From Gaiellales bacterium (GTDB lineage Bacteria > Actinomycetota > Thermoleophilia > Gaiellales > JAICJC01), in assembly GCA_035537595.1 (NCBI GenBank), contig DATLLX010000083.1, forward strand, positions 1-41,192: DNA of 41,192 bases, written 5' to 3'. A program made the position numbers and the translations under genes. The notes beneath the pieces were generated by a model that made no database searches, was not told the DNA's origin, and saw nothing but the letters and a program-made list of their open reading frames with translations. Positions 8,608 to 16,779 of the stretch are shown piece after piece (positions within the stretch are counted from its first letter, which is position 1; each line of letters opens with the position of its first letter).

Positions 8608-8699
8608 GGCCATTTGGCCGAGCGATCGTCGGCCATTTGGCCGGGTGGTCGTTGGCCATCTGGCCGAGCCGACGCCCGTCATTTGGCCGCCGGTAGGAT
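8608..8699. repeat. tandem array of four 23-bp units (GGCCATTTGGCCGAGCGATCGTC / GGCCATTTGGCCGGGTGGTCGTT / GGCCATCTGGCCGAGCCGACGCC / CGTCATTTGGCCGCCGG...)
   Basis: Units start at 8608, 8631, 8654 and 8677, in an exact 23-nt register. Each carries the inverted-repeat core GGCCA-TT-TGGCC. The array fills the gap between the aroA stop and the RBS (AGGA 8695-8698) of the next gene. Confidence 0.85.
8615..8638 (+). terminator. possible weak terminator hairpin after aroA (UGGCCGA-gcgaucg-UCGGCCA followed by UUU)
   Basis: A 7-bp stem (8615-8621 paired with 8629-8635), a 7-nt loop, then TTT at 8636-8638. It is formed by adjacent repeat units. The U-tract is short. Confidence 0.25.
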
Positions 8700-8705
8700 G
8701 GCGCC

Positions 8706-9392
8706 ATGATCGGCGTCATCGGCGACCACGATCCGGCGAACCGCACGCACGCCACGCTGGACGAGAGCCTGGCCGCCGCCGGAGCGGAGTGGCAGTGGGT
8801 GGCGACCGATGCCGTCCCGCCGGCGGACGAGCTGGAGCGGCGGTTCGGCGGGCTGTGGATCGCCCCGGCCAGCCCGTACCGCAGCATGGACGGCGCCCTC
8901 GGTGCGATCACGGCGGCCCGCGAGCGCGGGATCCCGCTGGTCGGTACCTGAGGCGGCTTCCAGCACGTACTGGTCGAGTACGCACGCAACGTCATGGGAG
9001 TCACGGAGGCCGAGCACGCGGAGACGAGCCCCGACGCGGCGGAGCTGGTCGTCTCGTCGCTGTCCTGCTCCCTGGTCGGGCATCAAGCAACGGTGCGGCT
9101 GCTGCCGGGCACGAAGGCCGCGGCCCTGTACGGCGCCGACCGCGCGGACGAGGACTACTTCTGCAACTACGGCCTGAACCCGGAGTACCGGCCGCGTCTG
9201 GAGGCCGTGGGGCTGCGTGTGAGCGGTGTCGACGACGACGGCGAGGTGCGGGTGGTCGAGCTCGACAGCCATCCGTTCTACGTCGCGACCCTCTACTGCT
9301 TCCAGACCCGGTCGCTCAGCGGACGGCCCCACCCGCTGGTCGCCGGGTTCGTCGCGGCGGCCTCGGCTGGTAAAGTCTCAACGCACGGTTGA
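8706..9392 (+). CDS. class I glutamine-amidotransferase-like protein (CTP synthase C-terminal-domain-related), probable selenoprotein with Sec encoded by TGA 8949-8951
   Basis: Track ORFs 8706..8951 and 8994..9392 are in the same frame, separated only by one TGA. Read through, the sequence ...ARERGIPLVGT-U-GGFQHVLVEYARNV... aligns with the PyrG GATase nucleophile segment [23 protein letters not shown]. The TGA therefore sits exactly at the catalytic Cys. The C-terminus HPFYVATLYCFQ...HPLVAGFVAAA matches HPWFVACQFHPEF...HPLFAGFVKAA. Confidence 0.7.
8966..8982 (+). promoter_or_regulatory. SECIS-like hairpin (CGUACU-GGUCG-AGUACG) downstream of the in-frame UGA
   Basis: A 6-bp stem with an apical loop GGUCG starting 21 nt after the UGA. 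The GGUC apical loop and the distance are like the E. coli fdhF SECIS upper stem-loop as I recall it. The stem is short. Confidence 0.4.
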
Positions 9393-9435
9393 GGGTTAAA
9401 CTTCGGCGGGCTGCCTCGATCAGCACTTGAGGGTT
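9389..9435 (+). repeat. direct repeat TTGAGGGTT x2 (9389-9397 and 9427-9435)
   Basis: Exact 9-mers 38 nt apart. The first overlaps the stop codon of the GATase-like gene and the second lies upstream of cmk. Confidence 0.6.
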
Positions 9436-9443
9436 CGGCCCAG

Positions 9444-9449
9444 TACGCT
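9444..9449 (+). promoter_or_regulatory. candidate -10 hexamer TACGCT, 9 nt upstream of the cmk ATG
   Basis: The sequence reads CAGTACGCTtcgcccgccATG with no SD. The hexamer is identical to that at 1495-1500. Confidence 0.25.
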
Positions 9450-9458
9450 TCGCCCGCC

Positions 9459-10034
9459 ATGGTGATCACGATCGACGGTCCCGCCGGGTCGGGCAAGAGC
9501 ACGGTCGCTCGGCTGGTCGCCGACCGGCTGGGCCTGCGCTACGTGGACACGGGCGCGATGTACCGCGAGCTCACCGCTGCCGCCCTGGCCACGGGCGTCT
9601 CACTGAACGACGGCGATCAGCTGGCGGCGCTGGTCGGACGGCCGGCGCCCCCCGGCGCCGACCTGCGGGCGGAGGTGATCTCCCGCAACGTCAGCGCCGC
9701 CTCCCGGCACCCGCAGGTGCGAGCGCGGATGCGGGCTCGCCAGCGCGAGCTGGCATCCGACGCAGTCCTGGAGGGGCGGGACACCGGCTCGGTGGTCTGG
9801 CCGGCGGCGGAGGTCAAGGTGTACCTGGTGGCGAACGGGCGGGTGCGCGCCGAGCGGCGGGCGGTGCAGCTGGGGCTGCCGATCGAGGCGGTGGAGCAGA
9901 CGATCGCCGACCGCGACGACATGGACAGCGCTCAGCTGGCGCCGGCCCCGGACGCCGTGGTGGTCGACACCAGCGACCTCACCATCGACCAGGTGGTCGA
10001 CCGGATCGTCGACATGGCCCGGGCCGCCGCATGA
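9459..10034 (+). CDS. cmk: (d)CMP kinase
   Basis: P-loop ITIDGPAGSGKST followed by YVDTGAMYR. Length is 191 aa. Confidence 0.92.
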   Translation: MVITIDGPAGSGKSTVARLVADRLGLRYVDTGAMYRELTAAALATGVSLNDGDQLAALVGRPAPPGADLRAEVISRNVSAASRHPQVRARMRARQRELASDAVLEGRDTGSVVWPAAEVKVYLVANGRVRAERRAVQLGLPIEAVEQTIADRDDMDSAQLAPAPDAVVVDTSDLTIDQVVDRIVDMARAAA

Positions 10035-10627
10035 GCCTGCCCGGAGACCGCTTCTGGGCCATCGCGAGGCCGTGGGCCGCGCCCATGTTCAAGGTCGGGC
10101 TGCGGATCCGCACCAGCGGCGCGCAGAACGTGCCGCGGTCCGGCCCGGTGCTGTTCGTCGCCAACCACCAGTCGCTGTGGGACATCCCGGCGATCGGTGC
10201 GTCCCAGCCGCGCGTGATCCGCTACATGGCCAAGGCGGAGCTGTTCCATCCCCGCCCCTGGGGCGCGTTCATCCGCTTCGGCGGGTCGTTCCCCGTCAGG
10301 CGGGGGGAGCCCGACCGAGACGCGCTGCGTACCGTGCACGACACGCTGCAGCGGGGCGGTACTGTCGGCGTGTTCATCCAGGGCCACCGCCAGGAGGGCG
10401 TCGACGAGGCCAAGGCAGGCGCCGGCCGGATGGCCGTGGTCGAGGACGCGCCGGTCGTCCACGTGGCGATCAAGAGCCGGAACTGGAAGCCGGGACGGCC
10501 GATCCAGGTGGCCTTCGGCGAGCCCCGCCGCTACGAGCGGGACGGCCGCCGGGCCTCCCAGGCCTACCGGGAGACGGCGGACGAGATGATGGCCGAGATC
10601 CGCCGCCTGTACGAGCAGCTGCCGTGA
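10031..10627 (+). CDS. plsC: 1-acyl-sn-glycerol-3-phosphate acyltransferase
   Basis: ATGA overlap with cmk. HX4D acyltransferase motif ANHQSLWD and a FPVRRG (EGTR-like) block. Confidence 0.85.
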   Translation: MSLPGDRFWAIARPWAAPMFKVGLRIRTSGAQNVPRSGPVLFVANHQSLWDIPAIGASQPRVIRYMAKAELFHPRPWGAFIRFGGSFPVRRGEPDRDALRTVHDTLQRGGTVGVFIQGHRQEGVDEAKAGAGRMAVVEDAPVVHVAIKSRNWKPGRPIQVAFGEPRRYERDGRRASQAYRETADEMMAEIRRLYEQLP

Positions 10628-11949
10628 CCGCCGACGCCCCCGTTCCCACAGGCGTGGTGGCCGTCGTCGGCTTCCCCAACGCCGGCAAGTCGACGCTGAT
10701 CAACCGGCTCACGTCCAGCCGGCGAGCGGTCGTCCACGAGACCCCGGGCGTCACCCGCGACCGTACCGAGGCGATCTGCGAGTGGCGGAACCGGGCCTTC
10801 GTGCTGGTCGACACCGGCGGTGTCGACCCCGGCGACGAGTCGCCGATGCAGGCGCAGGTCGCCGACCAGGCCCGGCAGGCGGTCGACGAGGCCGACCTGG
10901 TGATGCTGGTGGTCGACGCCGCCGCCGGACTGGCCGCCGGGGACGAGGAGATCGCCCAGATCCTCCGCCGGTCGGGCCGGCCGGTGCTGGTGGTCGCCAA
11001 CAAGGTGGACGATGCCGGCAAGGAGCAGAACGCGCTCGAGCTGCACTCGCTGGGCCTGGGCGAGCCGGTGGCGGTGTCGGCCCTCCACGGCCGCAACAGT
11101 GGAGACCTGCTCGACGCCATCGTCGACCGGCTCGAGCAGACGGGCGCCGAGCCGCGGCCGCCGGAGGCCGAGGACGAGATCCGGGTGGCCGTGCTGGGCC
11201 GGCCCAACGTCGGCAAGTCGTCGCTGGTCAACGCCATCCTCGGCCGGCCCCGGGTGATCGTGTCCGAGGTGCCCGGCACCACCCGCGACACGGTCGACAC
11301 CCCGTTCCGCCACGGCGACACGACGTTCCGGCTGATCGACACGGCCGGCCTTCGCCGCAAGCGCAAGCATCGCCAGGGGATCGAGTACTACAGCGAGCTT
11401 CGCGCCCTGCAGGCCGCCGAGCGGGCGGACATCGCGCTCGTCCTGATCGACGCCTCCGAGGGCATCACCGAGGGCGACCTGGCCGTGGCCGACCAGGCCC
11501 GGCAGGCCGCCAACGCCACCCTGGTTGTGCTCTCCAAGTGGGACATCACCGAGGTCGAGGTCGACGACGTGCGCGAGCGGCTGGCCGGCAAGCTGCGCCA
11601 GCGGCCGGCGATCGTGACCACGTCCGCGCTCACCGGCCGCAACGTCGACCGGCTGCTGGAGGCGATCGAAGAGCTCTACGGCCGCTACACGTCGCGCATG
11701 GGCACCGGCCAGCTGAACCGTGCGCTGGAGGAGATCTCGGCCCGCCGCGAGCCGCCCCGCAAGGGCCGCCGGCGCCTGAACATGCTCTACGCCACGCAGT
11801 ACCAGACGCGGCCGCCCCGCTTCCGTATCGTTGTCAACGACCGCAACCTGGTCACCCGCGACTATGCCTACTTCGTCGAGAACCAGCTCCGCGCCCGCCT
11901 GGGCCTCGAGGGCGTGCCCGTGATCATCGACTTCGTCACCCGGTCATGA
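10624..11949 (+). CDS. der: ribosome biogenesis GTPase Der (EngA), tandem GTPase domains
   Basis: GTGA overlap with plsC. Two G-domains (GFPNAGKSTLINRL...DTGG and GRPNVGKSSLVNAI...DTAG) plus a KH-like C-terminus. Confidence 0.93.
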   Translation: MTADAPVPTGVVAVVGFPNAGKSTLINRLTSSRRAVVHETPGVTRDRTEAICEWRNRAFVLVDTGGVDPGDESPMQAQVADQARQAVDEADLVMLVVDAAAGLAAGDEEIAQILRRSGRPVLVVANKVDDAGKEQNALELHSLGLGEPVAVSALHGRNSGDLLDAIVDRLEQTGAEPRPPEAEDEIRVAVLGRPNVGKSSLVNAILGRPRVIVSEVPGTTRDTVDTPFRHGDTTFRLIDTAGLRRKRKHRQGIEYYSELRALQAAERADIALVLIDASEGITEGDLAVADQARQAANATLVVLSKWDITEVEVDDVRERLAGKLRQRPAIVTTSALTGRNVDRLLEAIEELYGRYTSRMGTGQLNRALEEISARREPPRKGRRRLNMLYATQYQTRPPRFRIVVNDRNLVTRDYAYFVENQLRARLGLEGVPVIIDFVTRS

Positions 11950-12932
11950 AGATCGCCGTCGTCGGCGGCGGCAGCTGGGGGACGGCGATGGCCCGGCTGC
12001 TGGCCATGAACGGGCACGCCGTGACGCTGGCCTGTCGCGACCCCGAGCAGGCGGAGGCCGTCAACCGCTACCACCGCAACCCCCGCTACCTGCCCGACGT
12101 GATGCTGCCGCCCGAGATCAGGGCGGCCGGCTTCGACCAGGCGTCGCTGGAGGGCGTCGAACTGGTGGCCTTCGCAGTGCCCAGTGCGGCGTTCGCCGCC
12201 TCCCTGCGGCGGTTTGCCGACCGGCTGCCCGCCGATGCCGCACTGCTGTCGCTGACCAAGGGCCTCGATCCCCGCGACCGGCGGCGGATGAGCGAGGTGC
12301 TGGCCACGGTGGCGCCTGCCGAGCGGATCGCGGTGCTGTCCGGGCCCAACCACGCCGAGGAGGTGGCCCGCGACTTCCCCACGGCCTCGGTGCTGGCCAG
12401 CCTCGACACCGACCTGGCCCGCCGCCTGCAGGAGCAGATCGGCGCCCGGCGGCTGCGCATCTACACCTCGACCGACGTGATCGGGGTCGAGCTGTGCGCC
12501 GCCGCCAAGAACGTGATCGGGCTGGCCGCCGGCGTCTCCGACGGGCTCGGCTTCGGAGACAACGCCAAGGCGGCGATCATCACCCGGGGCATGGCCGAGA
12601 TGGCGCGGATGGGCGAGGGCTTCGGCGCCCGGGCCCGCACCTACAGCGGGCTGGCCGGCATGGGCGACCTGGTGGCCACGTGCACCTCGCGCCACTCCCG
12701 GAACCGCAAGGCCGGCGAGCTGCTGGCCAAGGGTGTCCGCGCGGAGTGGATCGAGCGGGACATCGGTCAGGTGGTGGAGGGGCTGTCGACATCCCGGGCG
12801 CTGCGCGATCTGGCCGCCGACCGCGGCCTCGAGCTGCCGATCACCTCCGCGGTCTGCGATGTCGCCTGGGGAGGCGTCACCGCCACCGATGCCCTGGCCG
12901 CCCTGATGGCGCGGGAGCAGACGGAGGAGTGA
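11946..12932 (+). CDS. gpsA: NAD(P)H-dependent glycerol-3-phosphate dehydrogenase
   Basis: ATGA overlap with der. Motifs [33 protein letters not shown] and [10 protein letters not shown]. Confidence 0.93.
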   Translation: MKIAVVGGGSWGTAMARLLAMNGHAVTLACRDPEQAEAVNRYHRNPRYLPDVMLPPEIRAAGFDQASLEGVELVAFAVPSAAFAASLRRFADRLPADAALLSLTKGLDPRDRRRMSEVLATVAPAERIAVLSGPNHAEEVARDFPTASVLASLDTDLARRLQEQIGARRLRIYTSTDVIGVELCAAAKNVIGLAAGVSDGLGFGDNAKAAIITRGMAEMARMGEGFGARARTYSGLAGMGDLVATCTSRHSRNRKAGELLAKGVRAEWIERDIGQVVEGLSTSRALRDLAADRGLELPITSAVCDVAWGGVTATDALAALMAREQTEE

Positions 12933-12952
12933 GGGCGGCCCAGCCCGGCTGA

Positions 12953-12958
12953 TACCCT
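12953..12958 (+). promoter_or_regulatory. candidate -10 hexamer TACCCT, 8 nt upstream of the metK ATG
   Basis: The sequence reads GATACCCTttcgcgcgATG in an intergenic gap of only 34 nt, with no SD. Confidence 0.2.
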
Positions 12959-12966
12959 TTCGCGCG

Positions 12967-14196
12967 ATGAGCGAGCACCTGTTCACCTCGGAATCGGTCA
13001 CCGAGGGCCATCCCGACAAGGTCGCCGACCAGATCTCCGATGCGGTGCTGGACGCGGTGCTGGAGCAGGATCCCCAGGGCCGCGTGGCCTGCGAGGTGCT
13101 GTGCACCACCGGCCTCGTGGTGGTGGCCGGCGAGATCACCACCGAGGCATATGTCGACATTCCGCGGATCGTCCGCGGGGTGGTGCACGACATCGGCTAC
13201 ACGAGCTCCGACCTGGGCTTCGACGCCTCCACCTGCGGCGTGATCGTGGCTCTGGACGAGCAGTCTCCCGACATCCGCCGCGGCGTCGAGTCGTCCTACG
13301 AGGAGCAGCATGCGGCGGCCGAGGCCGACGCCGACGCGCAGGGAGCCGGTGACCAGGGGATGATGTTCGGCTACGCCTGCCGCGAGACGCCGTCGCTTAT
13401 GCCGATGCCGATCGTGCTCGCCCACCGGATCACCCGGCGCCTGGCCGACGCGCGCAAGGCCGAGGTGATCCCCTACCTGCGCCCCGACGGCAAGGCTCAG
13501 GTGACGGTGCGCTATGTGGACGGCCGGCCGGTGTCGATCGAGGGGCTGCTGGTGTCGACCCAGCACCATCCCGACGTCCACGACGAGGAGATCGTGCGCC
13601 GCGACGTGATCGAGCACGTGCTGCGGCCGGTGATCCCCCGCGACATGTGCCCGCACGAGCGAATGGAGGAGCCGGGGTTCGTGCTGGTCAACCCCACCGG
13701 CAGGTTCGTGACCGGCGGCCCGATGGGCGACACCGGGCTGACCGGCCGCAAGATCATCGTCGACACCTACGGCGGCGCGTCGCGGCACGGCGGTGGGGCG
13801 CTGTCGGGCAAGGATTCGTCCAAGGTCGACCGGTCGGGCGCCTACGCCGCTCGCTGGGTGGCCAAGAACGTGGTCGCGGCCGGGCTGGCCGAGCGGGCCG
13901 AGGTGCAGGTGGCCTACGCGATCGGCGTCGCCCACCCGGTGTCGATCATGGTCGACACGTTCGGTACCGGGAAGGTCGACCAGGCGCTGATCGAGCGGGC
14001 CGTGGCCGACGTCTTCGACCTGCGGCCGGCGGCGATCATCCGCGACCTCGACCTCACCCGCCCGATCTTCCGCACCACCTCGAACTACGGGCACTTTGGC
14101 CGCGAGGAGCAGACGTTCACCTGGGAGCGCACCGACCGCGCCGCCCGGCTGCGCGAGGCCTGCGGGCTCGGAGAGCTCGAGCCGGTCCGGGCCTGA
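12967..14196 (+). CDS. metK: S-adenosylmethionine synthase
   Basis: Motifs [33 protein letters not shown] and [19 protein letters not shown]. Confidence 0.96.
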   Translation: MSEHLFTSESVTEGHPDKVADQISDAVLDAVLEQDPQGRVACEVLCTTGLVVVAGEITTEAYVDIPRIVRGVVHDIGYTSSDLGFDASTCGVIVALDEQSPDIRRGVESSYEEQHAAAEADADAQGAGDQGMMFGYACRETPSLMPMPIVLAHRITRRLADARKAEVIPYLRPDGKAQVTVRYVDGRPVSIEGLLVSTQHHPDVHDEEIVRRDVIEHVLRPVIPRDMCPHERMEEPGFVLVNPTGRFVTGGPMGDTGLTGRKIIVDTYGGASRHGGGALSGKDSSKVDRSGAYAARWVAKNVVAAGLAERAEVQVAYAIGVAHPVSIMVDTFGTGKVDQALIERAVADVFDLRPAAIIRDLDLTRPIFRTTSNYGHFGREEQTFTWERTDRAARLREACGLGELEPVRA

Positions 14197-14204
14197 TCGC
14201 GAAG

Positions 14205-16136
14205 GTGCACCCGCTGGTCACCGCGCGAGCGGTCGACCGCGCCTTCGACTACGCGGTGCCCGATGATTTCGAGCGGCAGGTGATCGCCGGCGCCCGCGTC
14301 CGGATTCCGCTGGGCGCCCGCGAGGTGGAGGGGGTGGTGGCCGCGGTCGAGGATGGCGACGGCACCGACCTGAAGCCGGTGCTGGAGGTGACCGGGCAGT
14401 TGCCGGCGCCGCTGCTCGAGCTGGCCGGGTGGGTGGCCGCCGACTACGGCTCGACCATGGCCCGGGCGCTGGCCCTGGTCATCCCGCCGCGGCCGCCACG
14501 CCGCCGGCTGGCGCCGGCGCCTTACGGCGAGGAGGCGGCCTCGCCCGCCCGGGTCAGCCTGACCGACGCCCAGCGCGCCGCGCTGGCCACGTGCCGGCTG
14601 GCGCTCGAGCAGGGAGCCCACGAGCTGCTGCTGCACGGGGTCACCGGATCGGGCAAGACCGAGGTCTACCTGGGCACGATCGAGGAGGTGCTGGCGGCGG
14701 GCGGCGGGGCGATAGTGCTGGTGCCCGAGATCGCGCTCACGCCGCAGACCGCTTCCCGGTTCGTGGCCCGCTTCGGCGACACGGTGGCGGTGCTTCACAG
14801 CGGGCTGACGCCGGCCCGGCGGGGTGCGGAGCACGCCCGGATCGGCGCGGGGGACGCCCGCGTGGTGGTGGGGGCTCGCTCGGCGGTGTTCGCCGCCGTG
14901 CCCGGCCTGCGGATGATCGTGATCGACGAGGAGCACGACGCCTCGTACAAGCACGAGTCCGATCCCCGGTACGACGCTCGCCGGGTGGCCGCCCGCCGTG
15001 CCCGCATCGAAGGCGCGCTGGTGGTCTGCGGCAGCGCCACGCCGCGGCCCGAGTCGTGGCACGGGATCCGCCGCCGGGCCGCGCTGCCCGCCAGGGTGGG
15101 AGGCCGGCTGCCCGCCGTGCAGGTGGTCGACCTGCGGCGCGACAGCGGTTATCCGTTCACCCGGCCGCTGCTGGACGCCCTGGGCGCGATCGAGGACGGC
15201 GGCGGCCGGGCGATCCTGCTCCAGAACCGGCGGGGCGCCGCGGCAGCGCTTCACTGCCGCACCTGCGCACACTCCTGGCGTTGCCCGCGCTGCGACGTTG
15301 CGCTGACCCTGCACGGGCGGGCAGCGCTGGTCTGCCACCACTGCGGCCACCGCGAGAAGGCGCCGGCCGCCTGCCCGGACTGCGGGTCGGTCGACCTGGC
15401 CCGAATCGGCGCCGGCACCGAGCGGGTGGAGGCCGACCTGGTCGACCGGTTCCCCGGCCTCGAGGTGCTCCGGCTGGACGCCGACGTCGCCGCCGCCGCG
15501 GGCGAGCCGGAGGCCACTCTGGCCCGCTTCCGGGAGTCGCCCCGCGCGGTGCTGGTGGGCACGCAGATCGTCGCCAAGGGCCACGACGTCCCCGGCGTCA
15601 CCGTGGCTGCCGTGCTGGACGCCGAGACGGGCCTGGCGCTGCCCGACTTCCGCGCCGAGGAGCGGACGTTCTCGCTGCTGACGCAGCTGGCCGGCCGCCC
15701 GGGGCGGCCGGGGGATCCCCGAGGCCGGGTGATCATCCAGGCCTGGGATCCCGAGTCGCGTCCGGTGGCGCTGGCCGCCCGCCATGCTGTGGAGGAGTTC
15801 CTGGAGGGCGAGCTCGCCCGCCGCCGGGAGCTCGGCTACCCGCCGTTCCGGCGGCTGGTCAGGCTGCTGATCACGGCTCCCTCGCAGGACGTCGCACAGG
15901 GCGCGGCCACCGCGCTGGCCGATGCCGCCATCCCGGTGCTCACCGGTGACGCCGTGCTCGGCCCGGTGCCGATCGGCCGCCTCCGCGACCGCGGCCGCAG
16001 CCACCTGATCGTGAAGACCGGCGACCCGCGGCGGGCGGCGGCGGTGTTCCGCGGCTTGCTCCGCGACCTGGCGCCCGACATGCGGCGGGCGGACGCCGCG
16101 GCGGTGGTCGACGTCGATCCGCAGACCATGCTCTAG
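14205..16136 (+). CDS. priA: primosomal protein N' (replication restart helicase PriA)
   Basis: Walker A HGVTGSGKTE, DEEH box IVIDEEHD, and a Cys-rich zinc region CRTCAHSWRCPRCDVALTLH...CHHCGH...CPDCGS. The start (GTG 14205) is uncertain. Confidence 0.88.
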   Translation: MHPLVTARAVDRAFDYAVPDDFERQVIAGARVRIPLGAREVEGVVAAVEDGDGTDLKPVLEVTGQLPAPLLELAGWVAADYGSTMARALALVIPPRPPRRRLAPAPYGEEAASPARVSLTDAQRAALATCRLALEQGAHELLLHGVTGSGKTEVYLGTIEEVLAAGGGAIVLVPEIALTPQTASRFVARFGDTVAVLHSGLTPARRGAEHARIGAGDARVVVGARSAVFAAVPGLRMIVIDEEHDASYKHESDPRYDARRVAARRARIEGALVVCGSATPRPESWHGIRRRAALPARVGGRLPAVQVVDLRRDSGYPFTRPLLDALGAIEDGGGRAILLQNRRGAAAALHCRTCAHSWRCPRCDVALTLHGRAALVCHHCGHREKAPAACPDCGSVDLARIGAGTERVEADLVDRFPGLEVLRLDADVAAAAGEPEATLARFRESPRAVLVGTQIVAKGHDVPGVTVAAVLDAETGLALPDFRAEERTFSLLTQLAGRPGRPGDPRGRVIIQAWDPESRPVALAARHAVEEFLEGELARRRELGYPPFRRLVRLLITAPSQDVAQGAATALADAAIPVLTGDAVLGPVPIGRLRDRGRSHLIVKTGDPRRAAAVFRGLLRDLAPDMRRADAAAVVDVDPQTML

Positions 16137-16166
16137 CCCCGATCCAGGCCCACGTTCCGCGATACC

Positions 16167-16769
16167 ATGCCGCCCACAATGTCCGAGCAGGCACCCGACG
16201 TCGAGTACGAGGAAGAGGAGGCCCCGGAGCGCACCGGGCCAAGCCCCGAGGAGCTGCGCGCGTGGCGCGCTGCGGCCAGGCGCCTCGTCCGCCAGTTCCC
16301 GGATCCGGCGCTGCGCTCGCCGGCATCGCCGGTCGGTGAGGTGGACGACGACGTCAGGCGTCTGCTGGAGCGGATGACCGATGTCATGATGACCTCGCAC
16401 GGCGTCGGCCTGGCCGCACCACAGATCGGCGTGCTGCGGCGGGTGCTGGTGTACCGGGTGAGCGAGGAGCAGGGGGTGCGCGCGCTGGTCGACCCCCAGG
16501 TGCTGGAGCGCTCGGAGGAGACCGCAGTCGACACGGAGGGCTGCCTGTCGCTTCTGGGCGGCGAGCTGTCGATCCCGGTCGAGCGGCACACGCGCGTTCG
16601 GATCGCCGGGCTCGACGGCGCCGGCGACGCGGTGGAGTTCGATGCCGAGGGGTTCGAGGCCAGGGTCATCCAGCACGAGATCGATCACCTGGACGGCGTG
16701 CTGATCGTCGACCGCGTGGAGGGCGAGGAGCGCAAGCAGGCCCTTCGTGAGCTTCGCCTCCAGGCCTGA
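16167..16769 (+). CDS. def: peptide deformylase
   Basis: Motifs GVGLAAPQIG, EGCLS and QHEIDHLDG. An alternative in-frame start is ATG 16179, which has TACCAT 10 nt upstream. Confidence 0.93.
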   Translation: MPPTMSEQAPDVEYEEEEAPERTGPSPEELRAWRAAARRLVRQFPDPALRSPASPVGEVDDDVRRLLERMTDVMMTSHGVGLAAPQIGVLRRVLVYRVSEEQGVRALVDPQVLERSEETAVDTEGCLSLLGGELSIPVERHTRVRIAGLDGAGDAVEFDAEGFEARVIQHEIDHLDGVLIVDRVEGEERKQALRELRLQA

Positions 16770-16779
16770 GCCGCGGCCG

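Noticed and set aside
8608-8699. Possible CRISPR array
   Set aside because: The units are only 23 bp and directly abutting, with no unique spacers. There are four copies and no cas genes nearby. This is a tandem repeat, not a CRISPR array.
8706-9392. Treating 8706-8951 and 8994-9392 as two separate small genes
   Set aside because: Neither half is a complete fold. They are collinear with one GATase domain in one frame. The 42 nt between them (GGFQHVLVEYARNV) encodes the conserved segment that follows the nucleophile. The second ORF's ATG has no RBS and lies mid-domain. A pseudogene (TGC/TGT to TGA) remains the main alternative to Sec recoding and is kept as the refutation case.
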